NCBI GenBank assembly: GCA_014905635.1
Contig: CM026547.1
Coordinates: 4,833,735-4,853,734 of the forward strand
Source of the DNA: Scenedesmus sp. PABB004
Lineage: Eukaryota
Reading direction: 5' to 3'
DNA length: 20,000 nucleotides
Part shown: piece after piece, positions 1 through 8,658 of the stretch
Layout of the letters: each line of letters begins with the position of its first letter
How positions within the stretch are numbered: the first letter of the stretch is position 1
The notes under the pieces: model-generated
What the model saw: the letters and a program-made list of their open reading frames with translations, nothing else
Databases searched by the model: none
What the model was told of the DNA's origin: nothing
Program-made: the position numbers and the translations under genes

Positions 1-79
1 GCAGAGGGGGAGGGGCGACTAGCAGGCCGGCGGCGCGTCGGCGCAGTCCAGACCCCTCCTCTGCCGGGTGTGCCCGCAC

Positions 80-3000
80 CTCGGGCAGCACGTGGCCGGG
101 GTCGGTCTTGAGCTTGAAGTCGCCGATGCTGGCCGCCGCCTCGCGCAGCGCCGCCGCGTCGGCGGGGGCCTCGTAGTCGTCGTCCGGGCGCGTAACGTCA
201 AACGCCGCCCACTCGGCGGCCCGCTGCTGCTTGGCGTGGCGCCAGAGCTCGGCGCGCGACGCAACGGCCGACGAGCCCGCCGCCGGGAGGCTGGCGCCGG
301 AGGGCGAGCCCTCCACGGCACCTGGCGGCGCGCGCTGGGCATCCAGAGGCGTGGACGGGCCTGCACCGGTTGCGCTCACCACGGCAGCCTCCTTGCTGAG
401 CTGGCGCCGCAGCAGCTGGTCTGCCTCCTCTCGCTCGGCCTCTGCAATGGCCACCTGGTGGCGCGCGGCATGGCACGTGAGCGCGCCCAGGTGCCGCTGG
501 CGGCGGCCGCGGGCAGCCCGCGGCAGGCGACCAGCACCAGGCGCCCAGGCCGCCTGGACTGCTGCCGAGTCTGCAACCACGTCGCCTCACCTGCAGAGCC
601 TGCGGCAGGTCCGCCTGCCGCAGCGTGCTGACTGTGGCGCTGCCAGCCAGGCTGTGCAGCGTGAGGCGATGCACTGCCGGCGCGGTGAAGAAGCCCTGGA
701 GCTTGGACAGCTGCAGCGCCGCGAGCTCCGCGTCGTGGGCCACCTGGGCGCGCGCGTCGGCCAGCTTCTGCTGCCGCTCCGCCTCCACAAGCGCGTCCAG
801 CCCTGCGCGGCGCCGCCGGACGGAGAGCTGGGCGAGGCGCGGGCGCGCCGCCGCACGCGCGCGCGCGCTCGTGCGCCCCCGTTCCTGCGCGCAGCGCTCT
901 CGCGCGCACCCGCATCGAGCTGCAGCATGTGCTCCGGCACGCGCTCGCCAGGCGGGCGCGCTGCATTGTCCGCCAGCAGCGCGGCGTGCTCGCGCCGCAT
1001 GTCCTCCACCGCGGCGACCAGCGCTGCGCGGGCCGAGGCGGCGGCTTCGGCCTGCCGGCCAAGCTGCGCCGCCTGCTTCGCCTCCTCCAGGCTGGGCGCA
1101 GCGGGTGCCAGGTCGGGGGCATCTGGCAGCCCGCCCGCCGCCGCATCCTGAGCCATCGTGGGCAGCTGCTCGTCGAGCGGCGCCGGGCTGGCGCCCGGCG
1201 CCGCGGCCGGCTCCAGCGGGTTGGCCAGCACCAGCAGCGTGCCGTCGCTGGCGGCGCTCAGCAGGCAGCTGTCGTCGTACGCCAGGGCCAGACCGGTGAC
1301 GCGGCCGTCGTGCATGTCATGCAGGGCGTGCTGCCAGTGCCTGCATGCCGAGGCGCAGCGCCGGCGCGGGTGAGGCCGGCGCGTGGCAGCCATCGAGCTG
1401 GCGCCTGGCGCACCGGCGCGCGGCGCGCACGCCTGCCTGCCGCCACACCCGCACCTGCCGTCAGCGCCGCCCGACGTGTCGCGCCCCTCAAGCCGCACGA
1501 CACCGTCGGCTGATCCCACCAGCGCATAGCGCCCTGAGCAGCTGCTGGCCGCGGCGGTGACGGCGGCCCCCGACATGACGCGGCTGCTGCTGAGCGGGCC
1601 GGCCTGGCTCCAGCAGCTCTCCAGCACCTGCACGGCACCAGCGGCAGCGGCCAAGCAGCAGCAGCGATGCGGTCAGCGGCACACTCGAGCTGCGTGGGCA
1701 CGCAGGGATGCCACCAACGGCGTGTTGCTCACCTGCCCAGCGCCCTGGCCGCCCACCCAGAGCAGGAAGCGGCTGCTGTCGCCGGGCTTGTAGGCGGCAA
1801 GGGTGATGGGCAGCGCGCCTGCTGCCTCGTCACTGGGCTGGCCTGCCGCCGCCGCCGCCAGCTCCGCCTCCTCCTGCGCTGAGTGCAGGGCCTGGCCGCC
1901 TGCCGCACCGCCGGGCTCTCCCGCTTGCGCCCGCTGCTGCGCCTCCTGCAGCTCCTGCAGCTGCTGCGCCTGCTGTTTGTGCTGCACCCACCGAGGCACG
2001 AACGAGCGCGTGGGCACCGCGTGCTGAAACGTGCTGGGCGCGGTGCGGCGGCGTCGGGCAGGCCCCCGTCAGCCTCGGCGGCCCAGTCCCCACCGCGCGC
2101 GCAGGGCGCAGCTGCTTGCCTGCTCGTGTCGACGCTGCCCGCCAGCGGCGGCGCGGCCTCGACCGCGACCCCGCTGCTGAAGCCAACGAGCAGGCGCGCG
2201 CCGTCAGGCGACCAGCAGCTGCAGGCCGGGCCGCTGCCGGGCAGCGCGCACGCCAGCTGCGGCGCCAGGGCGCCCGTGCTGCTGGCCACGCCAAAGAAGA
2301 ACGCGCGCCCATCGCTAGCCACCGCTGCCAGGCGGCTGCCGTCGGGGCTCACCGCCACGCTGACCACGGCCGCCTGCGCCAGGCGGCGCGGTGCGCAGCG
2401 GCGTCAGCCCGGCACAACACCAGGCGGCTGGGCTGCGCGGCCCCGCCGCTGCGGCGGCCAGCGCACCTTGTGGGGCCTGGCGACAGCCAGCAGGCGCCAG
2501 CCGTCCGCGCAGCGCCGCACCACGCGCACGGTGCCATCAGCAAAGCCCAGCACGGCGGTGCGCTGCGCCGCGTCGGCCGCTGCCGGCAGCACGGCCACGG
2601 CAGTGGCAGCGCTGCTGAACTGGCGCTGCTGCAGCACCTCGTTGGACCTGCGACGCGGAGGGGCGAGAAGCCACGCGTGAGCGCGCTCAGCGTCGCGTAG
2701 CCGGCGCGCACGCGCCGACGCGCGCCGCCGCCTGCACCGCGCGTTGCGCACTGGTACGCAATGGCCTGGATTGCGCCGCTGCCGGACGCCGTGACGACCA
2801 CATGGCGGTCGGGGCATGCAAACAAACCGAGCACGCCGCCAGCGTGGCCGTGCAGGTCCAGCAGCTTTGTGGGCGCGTACGCGCGCGAGTCCAGCAGGTT
2901 GAGCGGCAGCGCGACGCGGAACAGCGAGCCGCCGCTCGCCACCAGCCACGCGCGCCGCGCCCAGAGCGCGCCGCACACGGCGCCGCCGCCCGGCAGCGCC

Positions 3001-4341
3001 ACCTCGGCGGCGGGGCGCACGTCGCAGACGTTGTTCGTGCCGTCCGCGGGCTCGGCGTCCAGCAGTCTGGCGAGCTCCCACAGCCGCAGCACGCCGTCGT
3101 CGCCGCCGCTGAGCACGAGGCCCGAGGCGCGGTCGTGCAGCAGCACCGCCACCGCCCCCGCGTGGCAGGGCGCGCCGCCCGGGCGGCGCAGCACCGCCTT
3201 GACCAGGCCGCCGTCCCAGAGCAGCAGCGCGCCGGACTCGCTCCCGCTCAGCACCTTGCCGTCGGGCGCCTCCACGACTGCCGCAACGTCACTGAGCTCC
3301 AGCGACCCAAACTTGCCGAGCGCGCCCTGCACAGCGCGGCGGGAGAAGGAAGATGGGCAGGAGGGAGAGGGGGAGGGGTGGACGTCGCCCGGCGTGCGCC
3401 GCCGTGCCGGCGCCCGCGCGGCTGCAGCGCGCGCGGCCCGCGCAGCACGCCTGCAGCTTGAGGCCGGTGAAGGTGGTGGCCATGCGCCAGAAGCGGATGT
3501 GCCCCGTGCCGCACGTCACGAGGCTGCCGGGCGTGTGCGGCGAGAAGGCCACGGTGTAGACCTCCTGGCTGAACGCCTTGCAGCGCAGCAGCGTCGCGCC
3601 GCTGGCCGCGTCCCACAGCGTGAGTTGGAAGTCGGGCGCGCCGCCCACGCCCGCGACCATCGCGCCGTCGGCGCTGAACGCCGCGCACGAGTAGGCGCGC
3701 TCCGTGCCGCCGCGCAGCGTCTGCACCAGCTGCAGGTCGCGGTCGTAGACGTAGCTGCGGCGCGGCGGCGGCGCGCGCCGGGGCGCTGTGAGCGCGCAGC
3801 GCGCAGCGCCGCGGCGGCGCCGCGCGCCCGCTCGCGCTCACATGCCGGGCGCGCCCCGCCGGCGCTTTTCGGCCACCAGGAAGCGCTGCCCGCTGGGGTG
3901 CGCCGCCACCGCGGCCACGCCGCCGCCGTCGCGGCTGGGCAGGTGGCGCTGCTGCAGCGTCGGCACGTGCAGCAGCAGCACCACGCTGCCGGCGGCCAGC
4001 AGCAGCGTGTCGTCGTCGAGCAGGTGCAGGTTGTTGCGCTTGGCGCCGTCCAAGCTCAGCACGCGGCGCAGCGCGGGCAGCGGCTCCCCGCGCTCGGCGT
4101 CAGCAGCAGCCCCTGGGGCGTCCGCCGTGTCGCCGCCGCCGTCGCCGCCGCCGCCACTTGCCACGGCGGCGGCATCGTCGCGCCCGGCTGCCGCAGCTGC
4201 CTCGCCGCCGTGCGCCGCGAGCGGCGGCTCGGCCGCGCCGGCCGCAGCTGCGGGGTCCTGCGCGCCGCGCCGCTCGTCCGGTTCGTCCAGCGGCGCCGCT
4301 TCGGCAGGCGGACCCGACTGCCCTGGCTCCACCACCTGCAT
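80..4341 (-). CDS. CFAP44: Cilia- and flagella-associated protein 44 (WD40 repeats plus coiled coil), 5' part; the gene continues past the left edge of the window
   Basis: Exons (minus strand): 4341-3842, 3754-3451, 3326-2752, 2647-2467, 2373-2120, 2033-1733, 1627-1455, 1340-910, 802-591, 454-80, then an intron from 79 to the edge. Spliced protein has CFAP44-like motifs [91 protein letters not shown] and IGDFKLKTDP. The start Met at 4341 is tentative. Confidence 0.9.
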
Positions 4342-4850
4342 GGCGCACGCCCCAGCCCGCGGGCCGCCGCGCGGCGGCCGCCGCGCGCCGCACGGGTTTT
4401 TGCTCGCCGGCAAGCACGGTGGCGGGCAGGTTGGGGAGGACCTGGTACGTCCGGGCACGCGGGAGCGCGTTGGGCGCGTGCGGGGGCAGAGACGGCCCGC
4501 GCGCTGCTTTGACTGCGCGCGCCGCCACGAGCGAGCACCCAGTCCTGCTCGCGGTTCGCGCGTGTGGGTCCATGGGCCGCTGTCACGACCGGGCGGGCTG
4601 CACGGCGGCGCGCGGCGGCGCGCCGGCGCGCGGCGGCAAAGACGCGGGCGCAGCGGCCGCCCACTTCCGCGGCGGCCCCAGGCCATCGCACCCGCGGACC
4701 TCCGCACGCGCGGGCCCTTGCCGCAGGCCGCCGCCACCGCCGCGTGCGCGAGCCGCCGCTGCTGCTGCTGCCGGGCCGCTGCCGCCGCTGCTGCCCGCTG
4801 CCGGCCCGCCGCGCAGCCCCAGAGCAGCCCGGCCAACGGGCGGCGGCACG

Positions 4851-6086
4851 ATGGGCGCGCCCAGCCGCGTGCCGTTCTGCGCCGCCAATGCGCTGCTGCT
4901 CGCGGGCGGCTGCGCGGCGCTGCACCTGTTCATCGCGTCGCTCGGCCCCGACGGCAGCCCCTACGGCCGCCTGCGCGGCGCCGCGGACCTGCAGTCGTGT
5001 GTGAGCTGCCGCCGCCGCCGCCCGCTGCGGGCGCTGGCCCGCGAGCAGCCGGGCTGCCACCGCAGCGGCCGCCGCGTGCGATCGCCGCCCGCCGCCGCCG
5101 GCCGCAGGGCCGGCAAGTACTTGCGGCGCTGCTCGCCCTCCTGTTCTGGAAGGTGGGCCGGCGCCCGCGCTGGCCGCGGCGCTGGCCGCGGCGCGCGCAC
5201 GCCCACCCCGCCGCCGCGCGCTGCGCCGCGCAGGGCCTGCGGCAGCGCTCGCTGGACCACATCCTGCAGCAGTTCTTCTTCTACAGCAAGCTCGCGCTGC
5301 TGCTCACCGCGCTGCTGGTCGACGTGCGCCTCGGCGCGTGGCTCGTGCTCGCGGCGTGGGGTGAGCGCAACAGCTCGCTCCGCCGTGACCGCTCCGCCGC
5401 AACCGCCCGGCCGCGCGCGGGCCGGCCCGCGCCGTTGCCGCCGCCGCGACGTGCTCCTCCCCCGCGCGGCGCCGCGCCGCAGGCTGCTACGTTGCGTTCC
5501 CGCAGCCGCTGCACCCGCTGAGCAGCAACGCCGCGGCGGACGCGATCTACCTGCTCTCGCCGCTCAAGCTGAAGGAGCAGGTGCTCAAGGGCGAGGACAC
5601 CTGGGTCGTGCTCTTCTACACCACCGACCACGCGCCCTCCATCGCCATGGCGCCCGCGTTTGCAGAGCTCGCCAAGCAGTGCGACGCGCGGCGCGGCGCC
5701 CGAGGGCGCCCCCGCGCCGCGCCCCCGGCGCCGCCGCCCGGCGCGCCGAGCCCCCCGCGCGCCGCCGCAGGTTTGCGTCGGACGGGCTGCGCTTCGGCTG
5801 CATGGACGCCTGCCTGTGGCCGCGCTTCTCGCGCGAGACGCTCAAGGTCACGCCCAACATCTGGAGCCACGCGCTCCCGACCGTCGTGCTCTACGCGCGC
5901 GGCGCCGAGGTCGGCCGCCTGCCCGCGCCGCACGCGCTGGACGACCTCGGGCTCCGCCCCAACCACTTCACCAAAACCGACTTAATTAAGCGCTTCGGCC
6001 TCAGCGAGGGCGGCGCCGAGGCCGCGGCTGCTCGGGCGGGCAAGGCCGCCGCCGGCAAGCGCGGCGGCGCGCGCGGGGGGGCGTGA
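4851..6086 (+). CDS. TMX2: Thioredoxin-related transmembrane protein 2-like (about 277 aa)
   Basis: Exons 4851-5000, 5108-5152, 5234-5360, 5483-5678, 5771-6086; all introns GT-AG and frame-consistent. N-terminal hydrophobic segments ([38 protein letters not shown]) are followed by a thioredoxin-like fold ([51 protein letters not shown]). Confidence 0.75.
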   Translation: MGAPSRVPFCAANALLLAGGCAALHLFIASLGPDGSPYGRLRGAADLQSCVSCRRRRPLRALAREQPGCHRSGRRVRSPPAAAGRRAGKYLRRCSPSCSGRWAGARAGRGAGRGARTPTPPPRAAPRRACGSARWTTSCSSSSSTASSRCCSPRCWSTCASARGSCSRRGVSATARSAVTAPPQPPGRARAGPRRCRRRDVLLPRAAPRRRLLRCVPAAAAPAEQQRRGGRDLPALAAQAEGAGAQGRGHLGRALLHHRPRALHRHGARVCRARQAVRRAARRPRAPPRRAPGAAARRAEPPARRRRFASDGLRFGCMDACLWPRFSRETLKVTPNIWSHALPTVVLYARGAEVGRLPAPHALDDLGLRPNHFTKTDLIKRFGLSEGGAEAAAARAGKAAAGKRGGARGGA

Positions 6087-6313
6087 GGCGGCACGCGGCG
6101 GCGCGCGCGGGGGGCGTGAGGCGTCCCGGTGATCGGTCGGCCCTCGCAACCACCCGCTCCGCGCCAAGAGCCACCGCGGTTCGTCGCCAGGCCCCGGTGC
6201 TGCGCTCCGCCCTCGACGAGCCCGGCCGTCCCCGCGCGCCTCGCCCCTTCCGCGCCGCGCGACCGGAGCCGCTCAGCCGCCGCCCCGCAGCACCGCCGCA
6301 CGCGCCAGCCGCC

Positions 6314-7111
6314 AGTGCGTGCGGCATCGATTGCGGGCCCGCCGGCGCCGCGCCGCCCCGCGCCCTGCGGCCGGCTCACGCCCCGCGCCCCGCCCCCGCA
6401 GTGGCCAAGTCCAAGAACCACACCGCTCACAACCAGAGCAAGAAGGCGCACAGGAACGGCATCAAGCGGCCCCAGGCGCACAAGTACACGAGCAGGAAGG
6501 GCGTAAGTGGCGCGCCGGGGGCGCCGGGCGCCTGATCGCGGCGACGGCGGCAGCTGGGCGCGCGGCGGCGGCCCGGCGGGCAGCGCCGGCGCAGCGGCAG
6601 CGCCGGCGCAGCAGCAGCGGCGGCGGGGGCCCCCGCCGCGGCGGCCGCCGACGCACGGGCGCTCCGCGCCACCGCTCCCGCGCCCGCAGATGGACCCCAA
6701 GTTCCTGCGCAACCAGGTGCGCCTGGCGCGCAGCAGGCGGCGGGCGCGGGGGCGGCAGCACCGCGAGATCGCCGCCGCGGCGGCAGCAGACGGCGCGCCG
6801 CGGCAGAGGCAGCGCGCGCGCACGCCGCGCCCACTGTTGGCAGCGGCAGAGCGGGCGGCCGCTGCTGGTGCAGGCGGCCAGCGCCCAGCACCGGCACCAC
6901 CAGCAGCAGCACGGGCGGGCGTCGTGGGCGCGCCTGCGCGAGCGGGGAGCAGCGGCGGGGAGCAGTGGCGGGGAGCAGTGGCGGGGAGCAGCGGCGGGGA
7001 GCAGCGGCGGGGCAGCCGCTGCCGGGCGCCGGCCGCCACCAAGCGGTCTCGCCTGCCGCGCGCTCGCAGAGGCACGCGAAGAAGCACAACGTGGTCAAGG
7101 CCGACAAGTGA
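6314..7111 (+). CDS. RPL29: 60S ribosomal protein L29 (eL29), 56 aa
   Basis: Coding exons 6314 (single A), 6402-6502, 6690-6716, 7070-7111 give [56 protein letters not shown], the canonical eL29 sequence. Confidence 0.96.
6942..7017 (+). repeat. 13-nt tandem repeat (GGGGAGCAGYGGC), about 5.5 copies, in RPL29 intron 3
   Basis: Read directly: ggggagcagcggc ggggagcagtggc ggggagcagtggc ggggagcagcggc ggggagcagcggc ggggcagc. Confidence 0.85.
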
Positions 7112-7172
7112 AGGGCTCGCGCGATGTCGTCGCTCGGCGCTGCCCGCAGCCGCGGGCAGCGACGGTCTGCGA

Positions 7173-7177
7173 TGTAA
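7173..7177 (+). terminator. Chlorophyte poly(A) signal TGTAA of RPL29
   Basis: TGTAA about 60 nt after the RPL29 stop. UGUAA is the established near-upstream poly(A) element in Chlorophyceae. Confidence 0.75.
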
Positions 7178-7271
7178 CCGGCTGCCTCGTGCGGTCGCGC
7201 GGAGCAGAGCGCGCGGGATCGGGCGCCCTGCAGCAGCTGCTGACCAGCGGTTGCGCCGAGCAGGAGCTGCC

Positions 7272-7331
7272 CGCTTGCCCCGGGGCAGCGGCGGCTGCCC
7301 CGGGGCAGCGGCGGCTGCCCCGGGGCAAGCG
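7272..7331. repeat. 60-nt quasi-palindrome built from about three 20-nt tandem units (GCCCCGGGGCAGCGGCGGCT)
   Basis: The sequence equals its own reverse complement except at 4 positions. The terminal 18-mers cgcttgccccggggcagc and gctgccccggggcaagcg are exact inverted repeats. Confidence 0.85.
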
Positions 7332-7359
7332 CCGGGCGCGGCGTCAGAGGGCCACACCC

Positions 7360-7364
7360 TTACA
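7360..7364 (-). terminator. Poly(A) signal TGTAA of the F-box gene
   Basis: ttaca on the + strand is TGTAA on the - strand, about 246 nt downstream of the F-box stop. Confidence 0.65.
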
Positions 7365-7610
7365 CGGTTGCAAAGCGCGCCGCGCGCCAGCACGCGCCTG
7401 CATGCGCACATGCGACCGGCAAACCGCCCTGGCGCGTGCGCGAGCGAATCTGCTCGCCCGCAGAGCTGGGTCAGCGCTGCCGCCGGTCCGCCCGCCCCCG
7501 TAATCTTCTGCGTGCGCGCCGCCATTGGCACGCACGCTGTTGGTACACGCCGGCGGCGCTGCCGGCGCTGGTGGACAATTCGGTGGTGGTACACAGGTCG
7601 TGTCAGGTGG

Positions 7611-8182
7611 TCAGGCGAGGCTCTGCACGCGGATGACGAGCGGGTTGGTGCAGGCCGCGCAGCGCAGCCCGAGCTTCATCAGCGCCTCGGCTGCCGACTG
7701 GGCGAGCAGGAGCTGCAGCGCGTCGTGGTTGAACCTGCGGCGCGGGCGGTGGCACGCCGCGGTCGGCCGCCGCTCGGCGGCGCTCTTCCTAGCCGGCGCC
7801 GCGCAGGCCTGCTGCCGCGCGCCCCCCGGCGCTGCGCGCACTTATACAGCTCCCGCCACGACACGCCGCGCTCCAGGCTCGAGCTGGCGGCGCCCCACTT
7901 TGTCACGCACAGGCTGCGCCACAGGTCCTCCGACGCGGCGATGCGCCTGCAGCGCCTGTCGACGAGCTGCAGGGCGACGAGCGAGCGCGCGTCGCCGCCG
8001 TCGACCACAAACGACGCGATCTCCGACAGCACGGCGTCGGGCACGCTCTCCCAGAAGGACAGCTTCAGGGGCTCGTGGGGCAGCGTGTGCGCGAACTCGG
8101 GGTGGACGATGAGGCAGCGCCGCAGCGGGGGTGGCGGAGCCGCCCGCTGCTGCGCAGCCGCGCCGCGCGCCGCCGACGCCAT
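7611..8182 (-). CDS. Small F-box domain protein (about 154 aa)
   Basis: Exons 8182-7842 and 7734-7611, separated by a GT-AG intron at 7841-7735. F-box-like motif FWESVPDAVLSEIASFV..ARSLVALQLVDRRCRRIAASEDLWRSLCVTKW..SWRELYK. Confidence 0.8.
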
Positions 8183-8658
8183 GGTGCCACGGCGAGGTGG
8201 TGGTGTGGTCGCGGCTGAGCCGGGGGGCGGCCGGGCGTGGCCGCAGTGGCAGCGGGCGTGGCGGCGGGCCGCGACGGGGCAACAATGGGCGGGCGCTGCG
8301 GGCACGGGGCCCCGGGAGCGGCTGCCGTGGCCGGCCGCGGCTGCGGGTGCCGCGGGCGGGCAGGCGGCGGCGGCGTGGAATGCGCGCTGAAAGGGGCGGC
8401 GCAAACAGCTGACAGCGGCGCCGAGGGCTTTGCGGGTCAAGGGCGCTCCACGGCCTGCAGGGTCCAGCACAGGAAGCTCCAGACCCGCGACCCACAGGCG
8501 TTGCCGAGCTGCTGCCGCACCGCCGACGCTTGCGACCCCGCACGCCGCCGCACGCCGCGCTCCGCTGCGCAGCCGCGCTCGCGCGCCCGGCGCTCGCCGC
8601 CGCATGCCCTCCCGCAGCTGACCGCGGTGGGATCGGGGGGAGGGAGACGGCGGGGGCC

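Noticed and set aside
322..379. Apparent intron in CFAP44 (GTGAGC donor at 379, CAG at 322)
   Set aside because: Splicing it would shift the frame. Read-through stays open and leads directly into the conserved IGDFKLKTDP frame.
6083..6314. In-frame TMX2-RPL29 fusion protein by splicing from GTGAGG (6083) to the acceptor at 6290
   Set aside because: The junction would place RPL29 out of frame, so a fusion protein is not supported.
6503..7069. Possible intronic snoRNAs in the longer RPL29 introns
   Set aside because: I could not find a C box (RTGATGA) with a D box pair or a convincing H/ACA layout by eye.
6942..7331. Short repeats that could be mistaken for a CRISPR array
   Set aside because: The units are directly adjacent with no unique spacers, there are no cas genes, and the context is eukaryotic.
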